Shown here in pieces: positions 27,201-39,400 of a stretch of DNA of 64,000 bases. The stretch is from Nitrospirales bacterium (GTDB lineage: Bacteria > Nitrospirota > Nitrospiria > Nitrospirales > UBA8639), in contig CBDBCZ010000018.1 of assembly GCA_965203295.1 (NCBI GenBank), forward strand, positions 1,056,001 through 1,120,000. The letters are read 5' to 3'. The stretch's first letter is position 1; each line of letters starts with the position of its first letter. A program made the translations under genes and the position numbers. Below the pieces are notes generated by a model that saw only the letters and a list, made by a program, of their open reading frames with translations, was not told the origin of the DNA and searched no databases.

Positions 27201-29329
27201 GACGCTAGCTAAAATGATTACGTCAACGGCCGCACGTAATAATGAGCGTGGGCACTTCCTGGTTACGTTTTCGTGTCCGCCGACGATTTGGGCGATAAAT
27301 CCGATGTCTTATTCTAGACTGTATCTGTCAGCTATATACAGCCACATAGGATGGGATTGTAGTTGTGTGTGGCAGGATAATATCCTACATCCTAGGCTGA
27401 GAGATAAAACGTGGACGAGGAAGGCCTGGGTGTAAGGCTATACCACTTCAAGCCACCACATTCATGATACTTTACTCTGTATTCATGTCATCGCAATACA
27501 ATTTTTTCCATGTACATGTACCATACCACACTCTGTGACTGTGGATGAGACAGCTGCATGGATTAGAGTTCAGGATCTGAGCTCAAATTACACCAAAGCC
27601 ATACTAAGGAAGTCCAAGAGGGCACAATGCAGCTGGCCAACAAGATAAGACAATTATTGTGGTATCACTATAGTGATCTTTAACCTGCCTAACCTGCCTA
27701 ACCTGCCTAATCTGCCTAACCTCCTGTAGTAAGTAGTGAGTACTCATCTAATTAACCTGCCACAACATTATTCTAAGCGGCCATAACCCTAACCAGGTTA
27801 CAACCTTGCCAAAACCTCCAGTGAATTTCTAGGCTGGTCAACTACTAGTGCCACAGGCAGCTACCTTATAAACGGTGCACACATCATAGCTAAAATAATT
27901 TCTCATTTGATTACATGTACTCCCCCTATATCTATAGTTTCACCCACACTGCCCATACAGAAGTACATAGGCTAGTACTTGCCAAAAGATAATGCCAACA
28001 AAAGAAGTAACCGAATTCATGTAGCTAGCAACAGCTATGCAGCTACATATTTACGAACAAACCTATAGTAGGCATGCAAACAATTTGTGGCTATAGCACT
28101 TGTTTGCGAATCTGCACACTATATCTGTCAGCTATATACAGCCACTTTGAATGCGATTGTGGTTGTGTGTGGTAGGATAAAATCCTATATCCTAGGCTGA
28201 GTGATAAAATGTGACGAGGAAGGCCTGGGTGTAAGGCTATACCACTTCAAGCACCCCATGCACTCATGATAGCTACTTTACCCTGCATGTATTCGTGTCA
28301 TTGCTGCATTTTTTTGCCACATATACATGTACATGTACTATACCACACTTTGTGACCTTGGATGAGACAGCTGCACTAGAGTTTGGGATCTGAGCTTAAA
28401 TTACACCTAAGCCATACTAAGGAAGTCCAAGAGGGCACTACACAGCTGGCTATCGAGATTAGACAATAACTGTGGTATCACTATAGTCAACCTCCTGTAG
28501 TAAGTAGTGAGTACTCATCTAATTAACCTGCCACAACATTTTCTAATCCATAACTCTAACAAGGTTACAGCCTTGCCAAAACCTCCAGTGAATTTCTAGG
28601 CTGGTCAAGTACTAGTGCCACGGGCAGCTACCTTATAAACGGTGCACACATCATAGCTAAAATAATTTCTCATTTGATTACATGTACTCCCCCTATATTT
28701 CCACCCACACTGCTCATACAGAAGTACATAGCTAGTATTTGCCAAAAGATAATTCCAGCAACAGAAGTACCTGAATGCATGTATATAGCTCTCAACAACT
28801 ATGCGGCTATGCAAAGAAACCTATAGTATATAGGCATGCGAGCAATTACCTATAGTTTCTGGCTATAGCACTTGTGTATGAATCTGCAGTCTAGCTATAT
28901 CTGTCATAATTTGCATACGTCAGCGTTCATATAAACACACTAAACACAATATATAGTTACCTTGTGACACAGTAAAAAAAATCCTACATCCCAGGCGAGG
29001 AAGGCCTGGGTGTAAGGCTATAGCACTTCAAGCCACCCCACACACGATACTTTATCCTGCATTCATGCCATTGCTACATTTTTTTGCCATGTACATGTAC
29101 CATACCGCACTCTGTGACCCCGGATGAGATAAACACTAGATACTGCCTGAAACTCCAAACCTAGTGTTAGTTACACAACATCAGCTGGAGCTGTTTCTCA
29201 AATTTCCTTCCTAACATAATCATTGTTGCATATATATATATATACATGCGAAACACAATAGTTACCTTGTGACACAGTGCCAATGAGAAGAAAAGTTCCG
29301 AGCAAAACCACCGCACAGAGTGGCAACAT
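15250..29329 (-). CDS. Secreted multi-Calx-beta protein, paralog 2 (aggregation-factor-like, possibly a null allele). Exons: 29266-29329 or 25118-25175 (signal peptide), 23703-23870, 22129-22287, 21668-21910, 21337-21546 (in-frame TAA), 21056-21271, 19935-20345, 19165-19323, 18870-19097, 18477-18623, 17772-17960; damaged ~17138-17330, 16687-16822, ~16418-16632; then 16225-16365, 15899-16099, 15250-15371
   Basis: Intact exons are GT-AG, phase 1 and multiples of 3 in length. Repeated Calx-beta signatures (IGFEQERYTVSE, TNDDINEGEQYF, IIDDDVPEGVEFFSI, ATVVIIDDD). Terminal exon ...CIDVCYRRFRRGRLCPR*. Confidence 0.75.
20887..20966. repeat. Perfect hairpin, 26-bp arms
   Basis: AGTTAAAGGTCAGTTTGGGTGAGGGG ... 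CCCCTCACCCAAACTGACCTTTAACT, with a central GGCTTCGCCTCGG. Confidence 0.85.
24414..24550. repeat. Imperfect palindromic mini-element
   Basis: GTTAGACACC...TTAACATAATTAC...GTAATTATGTTAA...GGTGTCTAAC. Confidence 0.7.
25436..25747. mobile_element. 312-bp CACTG MITE with 2-bp TG TSD
   Basis: TG|CACTGCAAAAAT...ATATTTGCAGTG|TG. The paralogous site near 9565 is empty and has a single TG. Confidence 0.9.
26028..26832 (-). repeat. Inverted copy of the 1320-2105 repeat
   Basis: Reverse-complement similarity along its length. Confidence 0.85.
27320..29130. repeat. Tandem ~800-bp duplication (two units plus a partial third) in intron 1 of paralog 2
   Basis: GAGGAAGGCCTGGGTGTAAGGCTATA.CACTTCAAG occurs near 27417, 28216 and 28997; TATCTGTCAGCTATATACAGCCAC occurs near 27322 and 28122. 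Confidence 0.85.
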
Positions 29330-30036
29330 CTCACCTTCCGTCAATCTTGAACAGTTAGTGCGACTCGCGTCGAGAGTCTGGTCACGCGAGACTACAACCG
29401 ATACCTCTTGTCGCACGTGCATCAAATTCGCCAACGCTGATAATTAACTCATCCCACGCTGTATACGCTGACTCGGTTTTGTAGGAATTATCCTCGAAAT
29501 GTTACCTATTCTAAAAAAACTCTGACTATGCACAGATCTAGAATAAAGGTTATACAATACCATCTAGATATAATATGTAGCTAGCTACTACAGATGTATG
29601 TAGTTTAGGGGTGTATGTAAACTAAGAAGCGTATTACAGGCTTTTCAGGATATATTCTTCTCCAAATGCTCAAATCAGATTTGTATATAGCTCAATTTTT
29701 CTGGAATGGGGTGCCTAGAACCATTTCCAAGTAGCTATTGGACTGGGGAACCTAGCTAGAACCTTTTCCCAGTATTGGATTGGGTAACGTAAAACAGTTC
29801 CTTAGTATTATATAGACCCAGTATAGTACTAAGGAACCTAGAACCTATTCCCAGTAGCTATTAGATTGGGGAACATAGGAATCAGGTGAAAATCATGTGA
29901 GAATCAGTGGGTCAGAAGGATTACCCAACGTTATGATATTTTGAAACATGCTGACCATTGCCATTGATTTCTCAACTAATAATAAACAGGCTTACCAATG
30001 TACTTAACACAGCACACAATTTATGCAGAGCCTATA

Positions 30037-30903
30037 CAGTGGAACCTCCGAATAAAGGACACTTGGGAGCAAGGCTTTTGTCCTTTATTCGGAGGTTGTC
30101 CTCTGGAGGGAGGTTCGACTCAATTTGCTATTTCTAGCCACATTTAAGCACTCAAATGCCTACCAGACATGTATTCAAGCATAAACCATGTCATCTACTG
30201 TAAGTATCTACCAGGCATAGCTATAGCTAGCTACACGACTGTATAATAATTATAGCTACACGTATGTTGTCGAAAGACGTTAACATTGAGTGGTATAACA
30301 AATAGGGTGCCACAATGCCAAAATAACTGTCCAGAATGGTTTGAACTGTGTAAGCATCTCTACACTTGCTAACCGCTTATGGGTATGGACTCGAAATAGA
30401 GTTTTCACGTGTCGTCAAAGATCACATGCTCCAGCTGTATAAGCTTATCCGTGTCACGTTCCGTTTATGCCCGTTTTTGCCCAACTTGCGTGGGCGACTG
30501 GATCATGTGGATGGCACGTTATACAGCGATCTCAGAAACAAGAGCTGCTGGGAACTTACGCGTTCAGTATCTCGACTATCGCTGTGAGTAAGTTTTCAGG
30601 CGGGATAAATTGAGTGAATCTGCCATCTAGACTACGAATACGAGAGTAAATTCCGGTCTTTATGCGCGTTTATGCACGAACGATGGGTGTGGCTTCCAAT
30701 TTGTCCGTTATAAGAGGCAGTTTTCAACGGACTTTTGCAGTCGGGAGCATGCAGTTTGTCCGCTGTCCGGAATCAAGAAGCGTCCGCTCGTGGGAGGTTT
30801 CTTATACATTAGCACTATAGTAATTTCAATCGGTGCCACGGCCAGTGTCCTTTATAGGGAGGTTGTCCGCTGGTGGGAGGGTCCGTTATGGGAGGTTCCA
30901 CTG
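30037..30903. mobile_element. Non-autonomous Tc1/mariner (pogo/Tigger-like) element with TA TSD
   Basis: TA|CAGTGGAACCTCC...GGAGGTTCCACTG|TA, with internal GGAGGTTGTCC subterminal repeats. Confidence 0.85.
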
Positions 30904-31126
30904 TAATTGGTTGTAGATATAGGGAGAAAACAAATAATTTTACAAAAAACACAGCAGCATTAATCAAAAATCAAAAAAAATGGGGAAATGCTCTTCAGTA
31001 AGGGTATAGCTACACCAACCTAAACTGTTCATGATTACAAAATTTGAACCATATACATGGTAACACTTATATACAATGCTGCATAGCTACTAGCCTGGTG
31101 CGTGTTGAGTCACAAACTGTAGAAAT

Positions 31127-32075
31127 TTATTTCTCAGCCCCACTCATAATCCCAGACAGGGCCACAAGTGCTGACTTTGTTATAGGGGGTCCACATAGTT
31201 TTCTTTGCATGCACCTGAAGTGCTTCCATGAGCTCCACAGCCTCAGATATCTTCTCTGGAGCTCCATTAAACGTGACATCTAGGACACGTAGAAAGTTAC
31301 GGTAGACGCAATGGAATGCCTATAGCATTTGGTGCCTGGTATGTTATCGTCTTTGCTGGGGCTATCTCGCATTGGCCATACTCCCGCTGGATTGTATGGA
31401 ATTGGGAGGCCATCGTAGGCATAGCCATTTTCCGTTAAGGTCATCTGGCACACAATCTCTTCAAAGCATACTGGCCAGTGATGGTGTCACTAGGGTTGAA
31501 TGGATTTGCACCCTCGCCCTGCTCCACGATTTGGTCAATACCAGCCGTTGCTGCTTCAAAGCTTGTGACAATGTATACACTGCCAACATTAGTATCATAA
31601 GGCACTTACCATGGCCATTGGTCCTATTTTTCTTCTGTTCCTGGAGGATATATATCTTTACCAAGAATCTACAAGCACAGTTTTATTTCTTTATACAATT
31701 GTCCAATAGTGTTTAGTGTGTATTCTGGTTCAGATCTACCAACAAAGGTCAGTGCAGGGGTTTCAGTAGCAATGAAATTATTATATACATGCAAAAGATC
31801 GAACTTCTTCAAGCTTACAGTGAGGTTTGGTAGTACTCCCCCTGGGAGACCAGTTGTAGGATATGATGGAACAAACTCGGGATCGTCAATCCTCACCGTT
31901 GTTCCAATTCCAATGAGCATATTAGCCGCTTGAGTGAAGTGAAGCATTTCTTGCATTGCAATATTCCGGATAAGGTGGTATGCCTTTACATTGCAGTGTT
32001 CCATAATGGAATAAAGAGCTGTCAGGTAGAGAGGAAGTGCGTAGAATTCGAGTTAGACTGCCACTCCAATATAAT
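31127..32075 (-). pseudogene. Intronless ferritin-like (VioB/chromopyrrolic-acid-synthase-associated, PF12902-like) pseudogene
   Basis: Reconstructed translation: AV*LEFYALPLYLTALYSI...LIRNIAMQEMLHFTQAANMLIGIG...TIGQLY...IDQIVEQGEG...FNGAPEKISEAVELMEAL...TCGPVWDY. Contains several stops and frameshifts. Confidence 0.75.
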
Positions 32076-32099
32076 TGCCTGCTTGGTAGGGGAGAGGTA

Positions 32100-33085
32100 A
32101 CTTGTAACTTACACGGTATGGTGTGGTAGCAGTCAGTTGCTGCACGGTGGAGATGACAGTGAGTCCAGAGCTGCTAGTCGACTCATCCTTCAGTTGAGAA
32201 GGTAGATGTCGGCTGGGCAGCTAGAACCTAGGGTTAAAAATGGTACCTCCTTCCACGGCGCCAGAGAAGTAGATTGCGCTGCTGAGAAAAGTGCATCATG
32301 GATAGAGTCGTGTCGATGTATACGGTCCCTGTTACCACCACAGCTTACTTGGTGGTCTTGGTGGTCAATAGCCCCCTGGTAGATTGGGCAGATGGTTCCA
32401 CCCTCAAGCATCCTGTGGCCAATTCAAGCCAATAATCCAGAATGCTTTGTCATGTAGATGTTCTCTAAGAGCTGAGGAAGGGACCAATGTGAGCCAGTCA
32501 CCGATATGAGGGAGAGAGGAGTATAAGGCTAGGATTTTGAAGTGGGAACGTGGCGAAGGTGGTTGAAGACAGCCTCATGGATCGTGTGAGAGTGGACCCT
32601 GTTACACTTTGCATGGGATCGTCCAGATACGTCCAGTACGGTATTACGTTAGGTCGCTGCAGCCTGTTTTATGTGGCTCAGGGGGCATGTTCTCAGAGAG
32701 AAGGTCACCTTAGGGAAGGCGAGACAGGAGTGGAGTAGAGTCATTTCAATTTGGGAGTCTTCTAAATCAGGTAGCTTGGATAGGCCATCATTGACTTTCT
32801 CCACCCTCTGTAGGACAAAACCTCCCGGAAAGAAACTGGTCCAAAAGGGCAACCTTGGATGGAGAAACCACCCCTGGTGATTGGGATCTTAAGCGGGAGT
32901 TAGTTAGGTGTAGGAGAAGTATTGACTGGGACATAGAGGAGTGACTTGGCTCGATTGAAGTGGAGCCCACGGGAGTACCTTCCTCTTCCACGACCTTTGG
33001 GGCAGCTGCCAGGTCACCAGGGGAACCACAGAGGGTGCTGTCATGTAGGTACCAGGTTCTGATGTGCAGGACTACAGCTTTGATC
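32100..33085 (-). mobile_element. Decayed non-LTR retrotransposon with RT and restriction-like endonuclease (CRE-like)
   Basis: Degenerate RT motif WYLHDSTLCGSPGDL (cf. WYLDD); LPDLEDSQIEMTLLHSCL..PK; C-x2-Y..H..SC, RHDSIHDAL and PADIYL endonuclease-region motifs; frameshifted. Confidence 0.8.
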
Positions 33086-33096
33086 TTCTCTTTTGT

Positions 33097-33318
33097 TTAA
33101 AATCGGAGACCTATATTACTATCCAGTATAGTATTGAAGCTGCAAATGAGTTAAACCTGGCTGGGTTAACCCTTTAAAGGGCTAATTAAAGTAACCATTT
33201 TGTTTTGCCAGTTAGGTATTTTTTTTTTGCAAACACAAACCGATTACTTTAACCAAGCTAGGTTTAACTCAGTTGCAGCTTTAATACTATGCTTGACAAT
33301 AAGGTCTCCAATTTAAAA
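33097..33318. repeat. Imperfect inverted-repeat mini-element (~75-bp arms)
   Basis: GGAGACCT...GAAGCTGCAAATGAGTTAAACCT vs AGGTTTAACTCAGTTGCAGCTTT...AGGTCTCC. Confidence 0.7.
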
Positions 33319-34405
33319 AAAAAAAAAAATTAATTATAAGCAAAATCATGAAGGTATATGTAGCTGTGTAGCTACAATTACAGGAATGCTAAAAGTGCAG
33401 CTACACTGTTATTCATCAAATTTACATGTACTGCTGCACTTGTAACATTACCGGTGACCTAACATAATTTGCCATTCTGCCTGAAATTGGAGTAATATTA
33501 GCTGCATAATGTTGGGCAAGTGATGTAATTAATCTGCGTGTATGCACATTTTTAATAGTAAGCTCAGTTGCGCATGCTACTGACTAAGAAATAGCCCTAG
33601 CAGAGTGTTGGTTGAGCAAGGCGTTATAATGTTTGTATCCTTTTGAAATAACACAACTATATTTGAGCCACCCTTCTACCTGGGACTGGAGATCAACTGG
33701 GAGGACTACAGGTAGTTAAATGATTAGTAGCCAAATTATTAATTATAGCTATATGGGCAGTGAACTGGTATTCCGTGTTGATAAATGTGGATCTCTGGGC
33801 TACAGGGACTACCTGTACACAAGACGTGTATGGTACTGGTGGCGTGAGTTAGTCAGTGAGCACTTAAGAGTCAAAGAAGTGTCATGTGAAGGCAATACCT
33901 CACACAAAATGAAAATGTGATTATTTTCATCAGGTAGCATCGCAAATTGCGTCTAGTACCCTTACCCCTCCCGCAAAATGCAGGTGCTGCATCATATCTG
34001 ACAGTGATGAGGACAGTTACTTGTTTACTACTTGTGTACAGGGGTGTCAGTCAATTATCCATTGCCCTGGCTCTTTAGTATGATTAGTATACTAAAAAAT
34101 ACCATGTACATGAATGAACGTACAATAAAAGACTGTCCTTCAACATAGTAGCTATTCGTGCCCTCTTGAATGCTAAACGACTTGGCTTTTGCCTAATGGC
34201 TCGCTTGGTATTATCTGCTATTGCATGCTGTCCACTCTTGTATACATGCCCTATTAATGGTATGTGAAAATCTGTTTATACTTTTGATTTTCAGTTACTT
34301 TCTCCAAATGATAAGAATATAGCAGTGGACTGCTATGGCATTGTAGAGATCTCTGTCATGTCAATCACTCAATTGTTTGCTTGCATGTGCAAGGGGACAC
34401 ATTAA

Positions 34406-34548
34406 CCCTTTACCAATCCTAAGAAACAGCTTAAAGAAGCAGGAAAGCTTGTACAAAGTATTAATGCCTAGTATTAAAGCCCCCATATAAATTTATATGG
34501 GCTTATGGGAGCTCATGGCGCATATATGTGGCATTGATTGGTAAAGAG
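34406..34548 (+). mobile_element. 143-bp piggyBac-like MITE
   Basis: Same sequence family as 12984-13126; flanks TTAA and CTAA. Confidence 0.85.
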
Positions 34549-36063
34549 CTAATAAAGGAGAGTGGCCTAACCCCAAATATACTTACCCCACCCAAATTTG
34601 AGAATACTTGAGAAAGATACTTATATCTACTGTCATAAGATTTCTGTAACCTATATGCTGTGGGTATACTCAGTTACAGTCTGGCTACAAAACAATGCAC
34701 TTAAGTGGATAATGTAGCACCGCAGTTTCTTAAATTTCGGAAAGAATGAAATGCCCATTGAGACAATTATCCCCACCAGGCTTTTTTGTCACATTTTGGG
34801 ATGGAAATGATCATTGTCTCAACTTTACAGAAATCAATACAACAGTACAATAATTTCACATTACAATCATATTCTTAATTGCAAACACACTCTCCTGCGG
34901 TATACAAGGAATGAAATGCCCTGTGGCAAAGCCACAAAATATGAACTCTTTAATTACATTCTTAGTGGTAGATAGGATGCTCTGTTAGCACAGCAGTTTC
35001 TTAAGTTGATCACTGTAGCACCGCAGTTTCTTAAATTTCGGAAGGAATGAAATGCCCATTGAGACAATTATCCCCACTGTGTTTAGTTTGGTTTCCTTGA
35101 GTTATGTGATATTTTGCTATGCCCCTAACTGTGCATGCTGTGGTGCTTGCTGTATGTAACTGAGGCAACCGTGTGCGGGTTAAAGTATTTTGCAGAATGC
35201 CAGAATACAAACACAAGTCTAGCAACAAAACAATGTGCTTAAGTGGATCACTATAGCACCGTAGTTTCTTAAGAAGGAAATGCCCATTGAGACAATTATC
35301 CCCACCAGGCTTTGTTTGGATTCATGTAATGCTATGCCCCTAACTGTGCATGCTTTGGTGCGGGGCTGTATTTAACTGAGGCAACCCTATGTGGGTCAAA
35401 GTATTTTGCAGAATGCCAGAATACAAACACAAGACTAAACCCTGCAAATTTAAACTTATACCCCTTCCAAACTTGAGAATGCTCTTAAAATGTGTTTCAG
35501 GAGCTACTCATTGACAAAATCTAAGTCGTACGGTATTTACATCTTTAGAATTTTTATGCGTAATTCAAGCAATTTCCAATAATTATTATTTGGGATTGAC
35601 CACCCAAGTTCTTAGCTCTTCTATTATTTGCTGGAAGCAGAAGCAAACTGCTAGTTTGGGTGGACACACACTGCTATCATCGTACATACACTGCTAGTCT
35701 GGGCAGACGGAAACTGCCAGGTGATTACGCTGGCCATACACTATCAGCTAGCAGATTTTGTCCCCATACCGATTTTTCTGCTCAGGTTTTTTCTGCTCAG
35801 GTTCTTGGTAGCTGAGGCTAATCACAGGCTATTTTGATTAGAATTAACTTTATTCATAGCTGATGAAGCGTAAAATTGTATGTATACATGTATAGTTAGC
35901 TAAATGGTACCATCTGGAAATTGGCTACAGTTGTTCGTTTACAACTATACCCCTCCCATTTTATCCAAGTAACTCAGACCTTAGCCTCATTTGTAATCTT
36001 CTTTTTTATTTTCGGAAACAAAAAAGCTTTCTAACAAATGGCAGTGGAGACTTGGAATGAGGC

Positions 36064-36390
36064 TAGTTTCGTTCCCAGACCCTCCATGCATGCCCTGTCA
36101 AAAATTAGGGAAAGGTAGGTAAGGAAGGAGGGTCTGGTAAATGGGCATTGCCGCATGCGTGGTAAAGGAATGTAGTGCAGCCATAGAGTACGCGTATTCA
36201 TTAACCGCACAGGCGCACGTAAGTAAACAGCCTGCCACGTGTTGCAGACACAGCGCATAGGGGTTCCCGCAAACATGCAATTAACGCCAATAATAATATT
36301 ACGTTTTAATTGCTCAGCCAAACTTTCGGCGGAGCGGTGTGAAGTAGTAAGCCCATTTACCAGACCCTCCTTCCTTTTCCTACTTTTCCC
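36064..36390. mobile_element. MITE remnant with internal inverted repeats just upstream of the receptor-like gene
   Basis: AAGGAAGGAGGGTCTGGTAAATGGGC vs GCCCATTTACCAGACCCTCCTTCCTT. Confidence 0.6.
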
Positions 36391-36463
36391 TACTTGTTTG
36401 ACTAAATAGCTTATTCTTTCTATTCACACAGGATACCGATTTTTAGTAATAAGTTGCATATTC

Positions 36464-39400
36464 ATGGAGAACAGTTCCACAGTACTACTGCTGACATGGC
36501 AGAAACTCCTCCTGATTCTCATATTGCTGACCTCAAACTCTGGTCAGAGTACATACTACGTCACACCCACACCAGACACACCATGTCCTGGAGAGCCCTG
36601 CCACACCCTCTCTGAGTATGCAGCCGGCCAGTATTTCAGCAACCTCCCAGTGAATATAGCAATGGAGTTCCTTCCTGGCAATCAATCAGGAGACTATCAC
36701 TGTGACTACATTGCAACAACTCACCCTTCATGGAGATCCAGAATTCAGCAGTAGGATTGTATGCACCTGGCCAGCCGGGTTTGTCTTTACTAAGATGTCT
36801 GAGCTGCACATTAGTGCACTGGCCTTCATCTCGTGTGGTCACCACAGGAGTGCTGCAGTGCTTGTGTGGTCAGTACAGCAGGGTGATATCGCAAACTGCA
36901 CCTTCCAGAATAGCATAAACACTGTTGGCAACACTCGTGATTATCAAGGTGGAGCACTGTTTTTAGGGAATAGCACTCTTACACTCACGCGAAACATTTT
37001 TTACAACAACGTAGCCATTTCAGGAGGAGCACTTTATGTAAAGAGTAGCACTCTTATGCTCTCACGAAACGCTTTTTACAACAACTTTGCTACGTATAAC
37101 TCCGCTGGTGATGATGGAGGAGCACTAGTCGCATGGATTAGTAATATCAACCTCACAAGGAATACAGTTCAGAACAACACTGCTTGTGATTCTGGAGGAG
37201 CACAGTATATGTACGATGGCACCCTTCATTCTGTAGGAAATCATTTTCAAAACAGCTATGCTGCCTTTGGGGGTACATTGCACGTGTATAAAAGCCATGC
37301 GACATTGACTGATGATTGCTTTAGTGACAGTTATGCACAGTTCCAGGGTGGTGCAGTCCTCGCAACTTTTAGCAGCATAGTAGACATGCATAATATAACA
37401 ATTGATAATAACAGAGCAGAGTATGGTGGAGGTATGGCTGCAGTGGATAGTCAACTGAAAGTTTTTGAAAACGCCTTTCAGAACAACAGAGCTAGATATG
37501 GTGGAGGACTTTACGTACACAACACAGAATTTAATGGAACTGCAATAATAGCAAACAATTCAGCAAGTGAAGGGGGAGGAGGTATTTACGCATCAATGAG
37601 CACTTTTTCTTTCATGGATAATACAACAATCATTACAAAAAATTCAGCTAAGGATGGTGGAGGATTGCTGCTATCTGGTGATTCTAAACTCTACCAGAAG
37701 TCAGGTTCAGCTGTTCACTTTACAAGTAACAGTGCTATGAGTACTGGAGGTGCCATCAAGGTAGAAGAAAGTGACCCACTAACCTACTGCATTCCACTTA
37801 CGACATCTTTTTATGTGAGCAACAGCGAGTGCTTCTTTCAAATCCAACAAAAAAAGATACATTTTAATCATTTATATCAAGCTGAAAGATACGTCAATTC
37901 CCTCAATATTACGATGTACTTTGACAACAACACAGCTGTGGAAGGAGGTAGTGACTTGCATGGTGGTTCAGTTGATAATTGTAAAATCAACACCTTCATA
38001 TTCAATAAACACTATGAGGATTCTACAGCTCTTTGTGGATACTATTTTGATGCAATGAGTGAAAACAAAACAGTTATTTCTTCTGAACCACTGAATATCT
38101 GCACCTGCAGAGATGGTGTACCAAACTGCAGTGGTGTTTACCACCCTGAGCCTGTGTATCCCGGGGGAATACTGGAGGTCCCAGTCATTGCACAAGGGCA
38201 AAGAAATGGTACAACTACAGCTGTGATACAAGTTGTTGATACATTTAACAACATTAGTATCAGCAACCTTGAATATTCTCAAAACATTAATAGCACTTGT
38301 ACAATCCTCAAGTACACCATACATTCACATGCCACTGATTCCACTCAAGGAATGATTCTTTACGCTCAAGGTCCTTGTTCACCCACTCAGACTAACACTC
38401 TTGCAGTTACTGTGAAAATTCAGTACTGCCCTCCTGGTTTTAATTTATCAATGAATGAACCAGTATGCATTTGTGCTGAAAGACTGAAAAAATTTACAAA
38501 AACGTGCTTAGTAGACAACAAAACAGTGTTACGTGAACACAATGCTGACTTTTGGGTAGGATATGACTTTGACAATGAGTCCCGAGGTTTGATTCTTCAT
38601 CCAAATTGTCCATTTGATTATTGTAAATCAGAAGAAACATACTTGGCAGTTGAAGACAGTGATAAGCAGTGTAACCATAACAGAAGTGGCTTACTATGCG
38701 GAAGATGCAGTGAAAACCTGAGCCTTGTATTGGGCAGCTCCCGCTGTTTGCAGTGCTCCAATTCTTATCTCTCACTCTTAGCTGCATTTGCTTTTGCTGG
38801 CATTGCACTAGTGGTCTTACTTCTGGTTCTGAGGCTGACAGTTGCAGCAGGAACCATGAATGGATTAATCTTCTATGCAAATATTTTACAGGTGAATTCG
38901 ACAATATTCTTTCAACTTCAAAACAAGATTACAAGTGTTCCGATAGGGCTTATAGCTAAATTCTTTAGTGTCTTTATAGCCTGGCTAAACTTGGACCTGG
39001 GAATTGAAACTTGTTTCTACACTGGAATGGATGCTTATGCTAAAACATGGATACAGTTTGCATTTCCTCTCTATGTGTGGGCTCTTGTGGGTTTGATTAT
39101 AGTCGGCAGCCACTACTCAGGAAGAGTGGCAAGTATATTTGGAAGCAATCCTATCGCAGTGTTGACCACACTCTTCCTGCTCTCATACGCCAAACTGCTT
39201 CGCACTATTGTTGCTGCGCTTTCTTTTACATCCCTTGAATATCCCAATAACTTACACATTGCAGTGTGGCTGTATGATGGGAATGTTAGATACCTCAGTG
39301 GCAAGCACATTCCACTCTTCACAGCTGGAATGATCTGCCTGATTTTCCTGTTTTTCCCCTACACAATGCTGCTGATTTTTAGCCAATGGCTCAAGGCCAA

